Positions 27,401-37,109 of a stretch of DNA of 64,000 nucleotides are shown piece after piece (positions within the stretch are counted from its first letter, which is position 1; each line of letters opens with the position of its first letter). A program made the position numbers and the translations under genes. The DNA is from Podarcis vaucheri (taxonomy: Eukaryota). The stretch is taken from assembly GCA_965113315.1 (NCBI GenBank), contig OZ220367.1. One strand, 5' to 3'. Below the pieces are notes generated by a model. It searched no databases. It saw only the letters and a list, made by a program, of their open reading frames with translations, and was not told where the DNA came from.

Positions 27401-30400
27401 TTGGGGCACATGCCCATGACATAAACCTGCATAAATGTAGAATGCCTCTGGGCAAATTAAGAGGGTGACAGGGCCAGCTTGCCCATGAGACAAAATGAGG
27501 CAAATGCCTCAGGTGGCAGGATCCACAGGGCAGTGGATTCAGCCTCAAAGGGATGCTGTGGTGGCAGCAACAGCTGTGGTGTACTCCTTGGAGGGCAGAT
27601 CTGCCACCTCCTCAACAGCCCCCCCCATGTCACCTCTACAGTGACTAGGGAGAAAATGGTGGGGGTGGGGGCTGCCCTCTGGGCATGATTCAGAGTGAGC
27701 CCCCCCATGGCCTTTGATTCCCACTTCAGCCGTCCAGTAAGGTTGACTCTATGTTCCTGATGTAGATCTTCACTCACCCTTTCTTCCCTGGTTGCGGGGG
27801 GAGCACACCATTTTGTGGTTCACCTCAGATGCTAAAATGTATTGGGCTGGCCCTGTCTCCTGGACCACCCCATAACGACACCCCTGGCCAAAGATATTCT
27901 GGTTGTCTTTATTGATGAAGAAGCAGAAGAAGCAAACTGAGTAAAGTGTGTCAGTCTTCTCTTAGGATTCAGGGCGGTGTGATGACTTGTATGTCACTTG
28001 AGTATTTGCCTTGCCCATTCACTTGATGCCCCAGTGCAGTGAACTGGAGTGCTTTTACTGCAGGCACAAACAGGGACCAGGAAAGATCATGGGTCAACAC
28101 ACATGCATGTGATTCCAGGCACATTTTACTCACCCTCTGGGAAGAGGAAAATCAGAGGAGAGGGCACACTGCCTTAAAACTGTATGAGTGCCACAGGGTC
28201 CAGCTGTGGTCCTGCTAAGACCCTGTGCTGTTGTCTCCAAGTTGCCTCCTGCAATTTGTGCCTTGTTGTGTTCTCACTCTTATCATAGTGGCCAGCTCTG
28301 TGAGATTCCACCCCATGGCTCCCTCCAACCCAGCCCATGCGAGAGGGCAGAATGCCAGAATGGTGCCAACTGTGTGGAGCTAGGCAGTCGTGCCTTATGC
28401 CAGTGCCTTCCTGGCTTTGGGGGGCCCAAATGCGAGAAGCTGCTGAGTGTCAACTTTGTGGACAGGGACACGTACCTCCAGTTCACTGACCTGCAAAACT
28501 GGCCCAGCGCCAACATCACTTTGCAGGTAAGTGTTGATTAGCAAGGCTGCCTCCTCCGCCACCCCAAGAGCGGGCATCTGCCCACACTCTTCATCCATGC
28601 CATTTGTGGGACTGGTTGGAATGTAGAATTAATGTTTCTGCCCCTTGCTTGTTCATTCCCTCGTTCTCTGCAGGTCTCCACGGCTGAAGACAATGGGATC
28701 CTCTTATATAATGGAGACACTGACCACATGGCGGTGGAGCTGTACCAAGGCCATGTGCGCGTCAGCTATGATCCAGGCACCTACCCCAGCTCTGCCATTT
28801 ACAGGTAGCCCTCTGCCTTTGGCTTCTCCTTCCAGCTCAGAGTGACCCTCAGTCATTGAGCAAAGCTGCACATTGACCATGAAGGCAAAAGGAAGGGTTT
28901 GGGGGTCTGGATCGTGGGGAGTTAGTGCAGAAGTGACAGGGAACACAAGGCAAAGCGGATGCAGGTGCGGGTGCTGCACTTCCATGCTGGATGGGTGCAG
29001 ATGGCTGTGGATGCCAGATATCAGGCCAAAGGTTGGGTGCCACCAGCCTTTCCCATCCCACACCTCCCTTCTCTCCCTAGTGCAGAGACCATCAATGACG
29101 GGCAGTTCCACACTGTAGAGCTGGTGACCTTTGAGCGGATGGTAAACCTCTCCATCGATGGAGGAGACCCCATGACCATGGACGGCTTTGGCAAGGCCCA
29201 CACGCTGAACTCTGAGGCTCCACTCTATGTTGGGGGTAGGACTGTGACTTGGGCCCATTCCAGTTGGGGAGAAGGGGGTGAGAGAGGCTGGGTCTCTGTC
29301 ACCTACATGCTTGCACCTGGAGGGCACTAATTGAGTGGAGAACTGCTTCACTCTTCTTAGCTCACGTCCATTGGATAGTAATGATGCAAGAGGAACGCTT
29401 CTGTTCTCCTCTCCAGGGTGGGGTGTCTGAGCTGATACTGCAGGGCACTAAGAGCCAAGTGCCAAACTGAGGAGGAGTGACGGGCGCTGTGGGAGAGGGG
29501 AGAGAAATGGAAGAAGGTGGCTCTTAACATTCCACACAGCATTCCAGAATAAGGAATGCTCTTTTCCTTCCACCAGCACCATCTCTCTTTCCCCCAGGAC
29601 CTTGCTCTTCCCTCCTCTTCCTGCCCCTTACCTTGTTGTTCTGGCTCTCCCCTCCGCAGGGATGCCCGTGGATGTGAACTCTGCCGCCTTCCGCCTCTGG
29701 CAGATCCTGAATGGCTCCAGCTTCCATGGCTGCATCCGCAACCTCTACATCAACAACGAGCTGCAGGACTTCACTAAGACGCAGATGAAGCCGGGGGTGG
29801 TGCCCGGCTGTGAGCCTTGCCGCAAGCTCTACTGCCTGCATGGCATTTGCCAACCCAACACCCCTCATGGCCCCATTTGCCACTGTGATCCAGGCTGGGT
29901 CGGGCCCCATTGTGACCAGCCCGTTAGCAACCCCTGCCAGGGCCACAAGTGAGTACACAGCAGCAGAATCCCCCTCCACCCTTTCCTTGTGGGCTTTTTC
30001 TCTCACTGCAGTGCTGTGTGCAAGATGGAGAACGTGTGGGGAGGGATTGCAGCTCAGTGGTGGAGCATGTGCTTTTCACACAGAAGCACACAGAATCCCT
30101 AGCATTTCACACATAATCCCTAGCATTTCCACTTTGAAAGGATCAGGAACGACCTCTGCCTGAGACCCTACAGAGCCACTGCCTGTCAGAGCAGACAATT
30201 TTGGGCTAGATGCACCCATAGTCTGACCTGTGTTCCTAAGTGTGACTGGAATTGCATCCATATCTTGTGGGCTCTGATGGGCAGTATTTTGCCTCTCCTG
30301 TTTACTCATCTCTGATGAGGCGGGGCAGGCAGGGCATTTATGATTGTAGCAACAAAAGCAGAAATTAGTTGCCTCTAAAGCCCAGCACAGGGGCATAGGT

Positions 30401-32187
30401 TTGGCAACAGTGTTCAAGAACAACAGCACATACCATATACCAACTCCTCCTTCACCTTTAAAGGAGCATCAATAAAGTTGTATTTGTATATTTGGAGGAT
30501 AAGGGAAGTTGGGGAGTCAGTGAGAACGCTCCTCCCCTCTCACTTCTTTGTATTCCTAAGATGACGTTGGAGAAGCCAAGGTGCACAGAGAATCTTGCAG
30601 GTCCTTCCTATGTTAAATGATGCTTCTAGAAGATGGTGGCCTAACTGCAACCTTTTGAATTCACCTATATTTAGCTTTATGTTTCACTCATTCTACAGGT
30701 GCATCCATGGAATCTGCATGCCCCTTGATGCCCTTTCCTATAGTTGCCAGTGTCAGGATGGCTACAAGGGAGCCTTGTGCAACCAGCAAGGGGAACTCCA
30801 CAACCCATGCAAGAGCTTGCAGTGTGTTCATGGTCAGTGCCAGATCTCAGACACAGGCGAGGCCTTCTGTGAATGCAACGGGGGATTTGATGGCGACCTC
30901 TGTGACCAAGGTCAGGCACATCTCCCTTTCTTCCTTACATTCCCACGTGCTCCATAGCTAAGGACCCTGAGGGCCCTCGCCTGATAAGACGCTTGGGCCT
31001 CTACCTAAGCTGCCAGTATTGTGTTAAGCCAGGTATGCTCACCGTGGGCAGAGGAAACCCCAGCCAGGGAGTAAAGGTAAAGGGACCCCTGACCATTAGG
31101 TCCAGTCGTGACCGACTCTGGGGTTGTGGCGCTCATCTCGCTTTACTGGCCGAGGGAACCGGTGTACAGGTTCCAGGTCATGTGACCAGCATGACTAAGC
31201 CGCTTCTGGCGAACCAGAGCAGCGCACGGAAACGCCATTTACCTTCCCGCCAGAGCGGTACCTATTTATCTACTTGCACTTTGACGTGCTTTCGAACTGC
31301 TAGGTTGGCAGGAGCAGGGACTGAGCAATGGGAGCTCACCCCGTCGTGGGAATTCGAACCACTGACCTTCTGATCGGCAAGTCCTAGGCTCTGGGGTTTA
31401 ACCCACAGCACCACCCGCATCGCAGCCGGGGCGTACTTAGATGCTATTTCTTGCCTAGCCTCTTCCCCTAGTAAGTTTTCTAGCAACTGTAGACCCCCAT
31501 CCCTTCTGTTGCACCGGCTATAAATGGGAATTTGGAATTCCGTGGTTCCACAGAACAGCCAGCGTTGTACATCCCAGTACAATACCATTGCACTCTTCTT
31601 CCAGACACTATGGCCACAACTTTGGTAAGGGAGCATGAGCAACTGAGCCACAAATTCTTGATTCTCCACCCCACCCCGTTCTGCCTCTCTGTCCTCCCCT
31701 TCCATTGACAAAAAGCAAGACCAGTTTTGCAGGACCCCCAGCCAACAAGATAAGGGACAGATAAGATTTTTTCCAACCTGTCGCTAACCATTCAAAAGGC
31801 AAGATCATTCGTCATAGTATGCTTATACATACTAGAATGCCCAGCTTTTTGAGTTGACCTTCACCAGAACCCCAAGCATAATGTGTAATGAAGGCTTTCT
31901 CAGAGGAGCCTCCTTGCCTGACTTCCCTCTTCCTAATGTTTTCCCTAGAGTCGGAGTGTCGGGGTGAGGCCGTGCGAGACTTCCACCAGGTCCAGCGAGG
32001 CTATGCCATTTGCCAGACAACCCGGCCTGTCTCCTGGGTGGAGTGCCGGGGATCTTGCCCAGGGCCAGGATGCTGTGCAGGACTGCGCCTCAAGCGCAGG
32101 AAATACACCTTTGAGTGCAGCGATGGCTCTTCCTTTGTGGAGGAGGTGGAAAAACCCAGCAAATGCGGCTGTTCCCAGTGCATGTAG
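231..32187 (+). CDS. SLIT1: Slit guidance ligand 1, 5'-partial multi-exon gene (32 coding exons in window; N-terminal exons upstream of window)
   Basis: 32 GT-AG exons splice into one open frame (4120 nt incl. stop): LRRs with cysteine caps, EGF repeats, laminin-G, cystine knot. Motifs such as [33 protein letters not shown] and [19 protein letters not shown] are SLIT1-type; tail-to-tail position with LCOR matches the SLIT1 locus. Confidence 0.97.
694..1040 (+). mobile_element. Degraded L2-like LINE 3' fragment (approximate ends)
   Basis: Motifs agagccttctcagtggtggcccct...ccctccc and AT-rich tail, similar to the fragment flanking 57545-60120. Confidence 0.5.
1630..1701 (+). CDS. SLIT1: SLIT1 exon (~ex7), 72 nt LRR
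   Basis: ctgcag|...|gtgagc; [23 protein letters not shown]. Confidence 0.95.
2087..2464 (-). mobile_element. Sauria SINE, full length
   Basis: (ACCTTT)n tail, tRNA-like head with ggttcgaatccc B-box on - strand, core cggtacctatttatctacttgcac; 9-bp TSD gaatgcaga at 2078-2086 and 2465-2473. Confidence 0.92.
2732..2895 (+). CDS. SLIT1: SLIT1 exon (~ex8), 164 nt LRRCT of D1
   Basis: ctacag|...|gtcagt; [35 protein letters not shown]...EFSCS. Confidence 0.95.
3636..3783 (+). CDS. SLIT1: SLIT1 exon (~ex9), 148 nt LRRNT of D2
   Basis: ctgcag|...|gtgagt; [35 protein letters not shown]. Confidence 0.95.
3979..4410. mobile_element. Old hAT-type MITE remnant (approximate ends)
   Basis: Starts caggggtggggaacctctggcccatggaccagatttggcc, degenerate right end; no clear TSD. 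Confidence 0.45.
4669..4740 (+). CDS. SLIT1: SLIT1 exon (~ex10), 72 nt LRR
   Basis: atgcag|...|gtgagt; [23 protein letters not shown]. Confidence 0.95.
5049..5120 (+). CDS. SLIT1: SLIT1 exon (~ex11), 72 nt LRR
   Basis: tttcag|...|gtgagt; [23 protein letters not shown]. Confidence 0.95.
5447..5518 (+). CDS. SLIT1: SLIT1 exon (~ex12), 72 nt LRR
   Basis: ttccag|...|gtaagc; [23 protein letters not shown]. Confidence 0.95.
5877..6141. mobile_element. Non-autonomous hAT (Charlie-like) element, 265 bp
   Basis: TIRs caggggtcagcaa / ttgccgacccctg; perfect 8-bp TSD atctatac (5869-5876, 6142-6149). Confidence 0.9.
6347..6388. repeat. (TG)n microsatellite
   Basis: About 20 TG units, 60 nt upstream of a SLIT1 acceptor. 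Confidence 0.95.
6452..6595 (+). CDS. SLIT1: SLIT1 exon (~ex13), 144 nt, two LRRs
   Basis: ctccag|...|gtgagt; [47 protein letters not shown]. Confidence 0.95.
7122..7285 (+). CDS. SLIT1: SLIT1 exon (~ex14), 164 nt LRRCT of D2
   Basis: ctacag|...TCCC|gtacga; [54 protein letters not shown]. Confidence 0.92.
7737..7760 (+). CDS. SLIT1: SLIT1 24-nt microexon (~ex15)
   Basis: tcacag|CCAAAGAACAGTATTTCATTCCAG|gtaagg; (x)KEQYFIP, the known alternatively spliced Slit exon-15 peptide. Confidence 0.92.
8466..8610 (+). CDS. SLIT1: SLIT1 exon (~ex16), 145 nt LRRNT of D3
   Basis: ggcag|...|gtaagt; [47 protein letters not shown]. Confidence 0.95.
8941..9140 (-). mobile_element. Squamate retroelement 3'-end fragment (approximate ends)
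   Basis: aacataagaagagccctgttggatcaggcc...tagtccagcattctg...cacagtggcc, a common lizard retroposon terminus. Confidence 0.5.
9262..9337. repeat. Compound trinucleotide microsatellite (TCA/TCG/TTG/TTA)n
   Basis: Stepwise change of unit visible in sequence; abuts a retroposon tail fragment (cccacccatctgactgggttgcc). Confidence 0.95.
9968..10042 (+). CDS. SLIT1: SLIT1 exon (~ex17), 75 nt LRR
   Basis: ttgcag|...|gtgagt; [24 protein letters not shown]. Confidence 0.95.
10760..10903 (+). CDS. SLIT1: SLIT1 exon (~ex18), 144 nt
   Basis: tcccag|...|gtaagt; [47 protein letters not shown]. Confidence 0.95.
11084..11227 (+). CDS. SLIT1: SLIT1 exon (~ex19), 144 nt
   Basis: ttccag|...|gtgagt; [47 protein letters not shown]. 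Confidence 0.95.
11349..11553 (+). mobile_element. tRNA-head squamate SINE (Squam2-like), diverged
   Basis: Head catagctcaggagtagaa...ggtccctactttaatcc; body gtagacaaaactgagcta...cagcttcct; related to 21035-21258 and 30040-30240. Confidence 0.6.
11691..11857 (+). CDS. SLIT1: SLIT1 exon (~ex20), 167 nt LRRCT of D3
   Basis: gcccag|...|gtaact; [32 protein letters not shown]...DFRCEE. Confidence 0.95.
12377..12408. repeat. (TG)n microsatellite
   Basis: About 15 TG units. Confidence 0.95.
13262..13394 (+). CDS. SLIT1: SLIT1 exon (~ex21), 133 nt LRRNT of D4
   Basis: tggcag|...|gtgagt; [43 protein letters not shown]. Confidence 0.95.
14029..14097 (+). CDS. SLIT1: SLIT1 exon (~ex22), 69 nt LRR
   Basis: ttgcag|...|gtaagt; [22 protein letters not shown]. 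Confidence 0.95.
15555..15900. mobile_element. Lizard interspersed repeat, DNA-transposon-like (approximate ends)
   Basis: Recurrent aaatagggat/ac and ccctatttt motifs in both orientations. Confidence 0.45.
15960..16031 (+). CDS. SLIT1: SLIT1 exon (~ex23), 72 nt LRR
   Basis: ttacag|...|gtgagt; [23 protein letters not shown]. Confidence 0.95.
17036..17242. mobile_element. Fold-back MITE-like element
   Basis: About 39-bp imperfect terminal inverted repeats (cctaaggt...ttcacagaaggaaa / tttccttctgtgaa...accttagg) with inner C-run and G-run. Confidence 0.6.
17446..17517 (+). CDS. SLIT1: SLIT1 exon (~ex24), 72 nt LRR
   Basis: cctcag|...|gtaggt; [23 protein letters not shown]. Confidence 0.95.
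17998..18069 (+). CDS. SLIT1: SLIT1 exon (~ex25), 72 nt LRR
   Basis: gcacag|...|gtgagt; [23 protein letters not shown]. Confidence 0.95.
18452..18485. repeat. (TG)n(CA)n microsatellite
   Basis: Adjacent self-complementary dinucleotide runs. Confidence 0.9.
19138..20229. mobile_element. Non-autonomous Tc1/mariner-superfamily element, 1092 bp, with internal ~157-bp tandem repeat
   Basis: 26-bp TIRs ccgtatttttcgctctataacacgca, TA TSD; repeat units start near 19278, 19436, 19591. Confidence 0.9.
20343..20506 (+). CDS. SLIT1: SLIT1 exon (~ex26), 164 nt LRRCT of D4
   Basis: tcacag|...|gtaagt; [35 protein letters not shown]...KKFECQ. Confidence 0.95.
21035..21258 (-). mobile_element. tRNA-head squamate SINE (Squam2-like)
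   Basis: On - strand: gtagctcagtg...tgcatgcagaa...ggttcaatccctggc (A and B boxes). Confidence 0.65.
21542..21666 (+). CDS. SLIT1: SLIT1 exon (~ex27), 125 nt EGF1
   Basis: atgcag|...|gtgaga; [41 protein letters not shown]. Confidence 0.95.
22302..22399 (+). CDS. SLIT1: SLIT1 exon (~ex28), 98 nt EGF2
   Basis: ttccag|...|gtgagt; [32 protein letters not shown]. Confidence 0.95.
24577..24666. mobile_element. 90-bp MITE
   Basis: TIRs catagctgtcaa / ttgacagctatg; partial TSD ctccaaat / ctccaagg. Confidence 0.8.
24989..25128 (+). CDS. SLIT1: SLIT1 exon (~ex29), 140 nt EGF2/3
   Basis: tgacag|...|gtaggg; [46 protein letters not shown]. Confidence 0.93.
25661..25867. mobile_element. MITE with agggttgccata-type ends
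   Basis: agggttgccata / tatggaaaccct termini; internal tctgga repeats; degenerate cccat flanks. Confidence 0.7.
26043..26136 (+). CDS. SLIT1: SLIT1 exon (~ex30), 94 nt EGF4
   Basis: ctgcag|...|gtgagt; [30 protein letters not shown]. Confidence 0.94.
26290..26427 (+). CDS. SLIT1: SLIT1 exon (~ex31), 138 nt EGF4/5
   Basis: ctacag|...|gtaagg; [45 protein letters not shown]. Confidence 0.95.
26601..27149. mobile_element. Non-autonomous Tc1/mariner-superfamily element, 549 bp
   Basis: TIRs ccgtatttttcgccctatagg, TA TSD; GC-rich interior with palindromes. Confidence 0.9.
27469..27855. mobile_element. hAT-like MITE
   Basis: TIRs cagggccagc / gctggccctg; no clear TSD. Confidence 0.55.
28289..28526 (+). 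CDS. SLIT1: SLIT1 exon (~ex32), 238 nt EGF6 and start of laminin-G
   Basis: tcatag|...|gtaagt; [25 protein letters not shown]...[29 protein letters not shown]. Confidence 0.95.
28674..28804 (+). CDS. SLIT1: SLIT1 exon (~ex33), 131 nt laminin-G
   Basis: ctgcag|...|gtagcc; [43 protein letters not shown]. Confidence 0.95.
29081..29235 (+). CDS. SLIT1: SLIT1 exon (~ex34), 155 nt laminin-G
   Basis: ccctag|...|gtagga; [51 protein letters not shown]. Confidence 0.95.
29660..29948 (+). CDS. SLIT1: SLIT1 exon (~ex35), 289 nt laminin-G end and EGF7
   Basis: ccgcag|...|gtgagt; [37 protein letters not shown]...NPCQGH. Confidence 0.95.
30040..30240 (+). mobile_element. tRNA-head squamate SINE (Squam2-like)
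   Basis: gcagctcagtggtggagcat head; ctgcctgagaccct...gagccactgcc...gggctagatg body. Confidence 0.65.
30699..30910 (+). CDS. SLIT1: SLIT1 exon (~ex36), 212 nt EGF8/9
   Basis: ctacag|...|gtcagg; [29 protein letters not shown]...GDLCDQ. Confidence 0.95.
31071..31423 (-). mobile_element. Sauria SINE, full length
   Basis: Same family as 2087-2464; degenerate TSD cagccaggg / cagccgggg. Confidence 0.92.
31949..32187 (+). CDS. SLIT1: SLIT1 last coding exon (~ex37), cystine knot, stop TAG
   Basis: ccctag|; [36 protein letters not shown]...[11 protein letters not shown]. Confidence 0.95.
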
Positions 32188-33015
32188 CCTCCAGCAAGGG
32201 ACAGGCCGGAGCCAGAGACAAGTGGGCCAGGCCTGCTCTGACAGAGGCCTTGGGAACACCCTTGCCATCTCCTCTTGCTCCTGTTGCTGCTTGGAAGAGG
32301 GGTGGGGCAGGGCTCTCAGTTTGGCAACGGAGCATCTCCTTCGGCATGGTGACAATGGCTCTTCTGGATGGACCAGACAAAGGTGTAGATAGAAGACTTT
32401 TGCTGGGAAATCCAGCCCAACAGATGTATTTATATCCAGCACAGACTCTATCTGGGGCCACTACTCGTGCACAATACGGATTCTTAGCAAGCCTGGCCAT
32501 GCCTGTTTGTTTTGCCCAGTGTGGTGCCCTGAGAGGCCATGTCCACAGCTCATGCCTAGACACGGGATCCTGCCATTTCATATCTTGTCATTTTACCTGG
32601 TGTTAGACCCTGCTATCCTGCACCATGTCTGTCTTTTTCCCCCTTTTCTTTTGGCAGTTTTGCTTTTTCTCTTGTTGAATACCCACCTTTCCTATTCCTA
32701 CTGGCTGCTCGTTGCAACCTCATCTTCTGCTTATAGGACTAAATTGCAAGTAATGCAGAGGCAGCACCCGGGGCAAAGGCAGGAGGATTGTGTGCTGCAG
32801 AATTAGCAAAGATAAAATCCCTTAGGTGAATGGGAAGCTCTGTATGAACAGTTGCCTCCTATACCAGATGGTTGCAAGGTAATGGTATTTAAAAACAGCT
32901 TAACCTTGGAGCTGCAGTCTGGTCTCAACTAATAGCAGAAAGGAGCCACACTTGCTCCACGTTGAATGATCCACCAGCATTAACAGGACTTACCACCACT
33001 TCCCTAATTTTGAAA

Positions 33016-33095
33016 TCCTATACTCACTTAGCTGGGAGTAAGCACCATTGAACACAATGAGACTTAACTGCCAAATAAGCATGTGTAGGATCTTG
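33016..33095. repeat. Short palindromic interspersed repeat inside SLIT1 3' UTR
   Basis: Imperfect hairpin centred on cattgaacacaatg; related copies near 52640-52706, 61120-61190, 63230-63305. Confidence 0.55.
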
Positions 33096-33565
33096 TTGCA
33101 TGAGGGCTGGAGAAACCTTGGCTAGCAGTCTTCCTGTTGTACCTCTGCTGGATGGGACAGGGAGACTTTCATGTCCCCAGTTATAAAGCCAGCCATCTCC
33201 ATGATTTGAGGGCAGCAACAGGGACAGACGTAGTTTTCTCTGATTCTGCCTATATCACTGCCTTTCTACACCGCAAAATCTGTCTTCTGCCCAAATGCCA
33301 TCTGGTTTGCTGTAATGAAAAGTCTAGATATTTTCAGAGTGGTGCCTGTTCTGAAACCCAACGTCTGTGAACTCGAGAATAATCATTTTCATACCCATCA
33401 TGCTCACTTTCACCTGCCTTTTAGAACGGGAGGGGGGAATGAATTGCATGTGTCTCTTGCACTCAGTTTACTGTAGCATTACTCTTCATACACCAGGCCC
33501 ACCCACAAAGTACCATTGTCCTCTTGTAATGGGTTGTGGGGTTGGGTATATCAGCCACCGCCTGC

Positions 33566-33571
33566 AATAAA
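33566..33571 (+). promoter_or_regulatory. Candidate proximal poly(A) signal of SLIT1
   Basis: First AATAAA I find after the stop codon (about 1.4 kb downstream). Confidence 0.4.
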
Positions 33572-35141
33572 AGCTGAAGCACAGGCTTCCAAAGCAAGTG
33601 CTATAGATTATTTGCTCAGGTGGGGTTTGGCCTGGGCCACAGCATCAGAAGAAATAAGATGGCTCTTTAAGATCTAGGCAGTTAAAATAAACTAAGCTGA
33701 CAGTACCTTCTCTTGCTATGTTTCCAAATCCCTGTTTGATAGAGTTTTTATGCTAGACCCTGGACAATAGAGCTGCAAATTGGTCAAAGACACTTTTGAT
33801 CTAACTTATTCTTGCAGAGAAAAAGTAGTTTGCACTTATCACCACTAGCTACTGACCAATAATTAGAAGTAAAACCATTAGAGTTGGGGGGTGGGGTGGG
33901 GGGAGAAACACCAAGCCAGATTCCTTCAAATGCTGCACATGAAAAGTTAATATCTCTGATCTATATGCACTATGTTAATTAAGCAAATCTGAAGATTATT
34001 TACAGAGTTTGCGCTGCTTCTCCTGGTTGGGAGGAGAAAAGAAATAGCACACAGAAGCTGCCATGTCCCAACCACTGGAAATGCTACTTACCCAGCCTGG
34101 GTTGTTGAGATTTCCACCAGACAGAGGCTTTAAAGTGTGTAGGAGACACTTGAAGGCTTGAAACAACTTTGTTAAAAAAAATTAAAAAAATGAGATGATA
34201 TTCTCGGGATGCAGAATTTTCACCCAGTAGTCATGCCAGAATCCAGTTGCTGAGAAACAACATGCTCTCCGGTACAAGCCTGGAGGCCTTGGCTGTACAT
34301 GTGTTCTTGTTTCCAGGGCAACCTCAGCCAGATGATTGTTCCCTGAAACTTATGGATCATGTTTCCTATGGTGGGGGGAAGTTTTCCTCCTAAAAGGTAG
34401 AGCTACTTGCCTAGAAGCATCTGGTATATGTGATCTCAAGGTTGCAGGTTTCTAGGAGGTACATTGGATATGGGAGAAATAAAAGGGTAGCATCTCGGGA
34501 TACCCCCTAGCATAAAACAATTGGCTATTAGAAGCACAGGTTTTCAACTATACACTATATTATGGGTAAAACCAGCAGCAAGGAGGCTATCCTTTGCTTC
34601 TGCAGAGAATCAAATGGATGGCTAGTTGCAGGGGCTTCTACAGGGGCTCCCACCTTGTATCTCTGTGTGTGCTAGTCATGCAGAACCTGCTAACTCTTCC
34701 ATTGCTGCAGGTTAAGAGACAGAAACTACATGACAGCAGGGCATAAGTTGCCTTGCTAGTACTAAAAGCCTTGACTGGTGACTTTTGCAGACAGGTACAG
34801 CATGAAACTCTGTTAACATAACAGGATCTGTGGGGCCATTTAAATCTGCAGCCATTCTTTCATATTCTGGTTTTGCCATCTTAAGTATTTTTCATTTCTA
34901 TTTATTATAGAAACCTCAAGAATGTTAAATGTATTTTTCTTCACACTGAGAATGTGCAGCTTTTAAACTTCCATTTGTAAGGTTCCTAAACAAGTTCAAT
35001 TACACAAAATAAACTAATTAGGGTTTTTGGAATTTCTTATGACTTCACATTTCCGATTATAGCCATTACACGTATCAAACGGAAAGTATTTTATGTCAGA
35101 TTTTTTTAAACTGTGCCTGCCACTGCAGTCCATACTTTGGT

Positions 35142-35147
35142 AATAAA
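35142..35147 (+). promoter_or_regulatory. Candidate distal poly(A) signal of SLIT1
   Basis: AATAAA at the end of an AU-rich UTR-like block (34860-35150), followed by GT-rich ttgggtattgtttgg; further AATAAA at 34478 and 35008. Confidence 0.5.
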
Positions 35148-37103
35148 GTAGATTATATTGGGTATTGTTTGGTAGCCATATGCTGCAGAGGGCAATGCTT
35201 GATGTTCACTGTTCATTTTGTCCGTCATGTACCAAAGTAAGTTTACACTTGCAATGTTATCTCAACCAAGTGGCAACACCTTCCACTTATCACCATCCTT
35301 GAATGAAGATTGTACCAAGCTTTTGCTTGTTCACTGCTGGCTTTGAACCTCCCAGTGATCAGAACAAAGTATTTTGGTGCCTACAGGGAGGGTAGCATCA
35401 AAAACCAAATTGGTGCAACCTTCAGGGGCAGCTCATGGAAAGGGTACTCAGCAATTGTGTGAAATGATGTCTTTTGTCACCTGTTGTAAGCTAACAGCTG
35501 AAGTAGGTCTTTATACATAATACTTAGATTCTTACATATATTAATATATTTGTATTTGGTATAGTATTTTTCTATGCTGTAAGGATGTCAGACAGCATTT
35601 CTCTGTTCTTGGCAGGTGCTTCTCTGTCAGATGAAAACCGGCATCATTGGTTTTAGTAACTGAGGTTTGTGATTCTTGCCACGCTTTTAACGATCCGAGT
35701 TTATGATGACTCAAGTGAGGGAACTCAAAATTGTCCCTCCTTTAGAAACAGCAGAATTGATTTAGTTGTTGTTTTTTAAACTACCAGTGTTGTCATCCAT
35801 GTGAACATGACATTAATTTAGCCACGTGGCTGGTCTTTTCTTTCCCCATAGAAAAATATAATAGGCTTGTCTCCCTCTCCCAGAACAATGGCCCAAATTA
35901 AACCTGCTGTTATTCAGTTTTCTCAGAAAAGAAAATTAGAGGCTCACTTCAATACAGGTCATGGCACTTTCCTTTTTTTCAACAATCACACTTGAGAAGG
36001 GGGCAGTCATCTCCTTCAGTTCTGTACTCGAGGAAAGTACTTGGTCCACAGCTTAAACACACCAAATTTTGCTCCTTAAGCAGCACTTGGACATAAAAGC
36101 CCCACTTCTGACAGGCTTAAACAACCCTTGGACCTTGGGCATGTAAGAGGAAGTGTGGCACTGACATGGGATTGGTATTCTATTTCTGAGGTAGCTGGAC
36201 CTGTTTCAGACTTGTACTTGAGCTTCTAGGTGCTGCTGCCACCAACTGATTTTATCCAAATTCTCCCGTACCTCACAAATGAGAGGCTGGGTAGTAGCTT
36301 GCTCAGGAGAAGTGGGACACATTGAGCTACACCTTTGCTCTTGTAGAGCCACTATGTGGCAATTAGGTGCAACCACACCTGGCTGGCAATAGTGCCAAAA
36401 TAGCGCCTCCTCACACACACCGACAATGTGGTATCAAACCCAGCCTAAGCACGAAGAGCCAAGCACAGAGAAATGGGTCAACTAGGAGAGGAAGACTGGT
36501 ATCAAAAGCAGTGCAGTGCCTACCTCTGCTGAAGCTAGGGACAATGACCAGGCTCTGAAGTTCCTACCCAAACTTTCTGGTTTCTTTTGGAGAGCCAGCC
36601 TGCTGTAGACCAGGTCAAAGACAACACCCACATGGGAGTGGTAGCTAACAAGGCAATCTTTCCATCTTCCAACAGTTCATTGTTTGGTGACATCCTTCAC
36701 AATTGTGTATATGTCCTGATAACCTCCAAAAGCAGCAATTGAGATGGCTCATCAACATGTCTCGTCTTTGCACATCAAACTATATCACACCACACCAATA
36801 CTGATATAAAAGAAATGTTTAATAAGCGGCAATAAAGTAAGACTCCTTAGGGCACGCAGAGTACATACACAATGCATAAAGAGGAAGAAGAAACATGGAA
36901 AGAGGCAGAGGTCTAAGCCTCACCTGCAGCCCCACAGTCTGTAACAAGAATGTGTTCTCTTCCACTGGTGAGTTAATAAAGCACACAGAAAAATCATGGA
37001 GCTGTCACAAAAGTAATGGCAAAGATTTAATACAATTTCCATGGTAAAGTAGCCCTAAGTGTTGTAGGTGTGCCAAACGGGTAGGAAGCCACTGAACAGA
37101 ACC

Positions 37104-37109
37104 TTTATT
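37104..37109 (-). promoter_or_regulatory. Candidate distal poly(A) signal of LCOR/PALI1 (implies 3' UTR of about 7.9 kb)
   Basis: TTTATT on + (AATAAA on -), UGUA upstream and GU-rich ggttctgttcagtgg downstream on the - strand; other - strand AATAAA at 42511, 43217, 44670. Confidence 0.5.
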
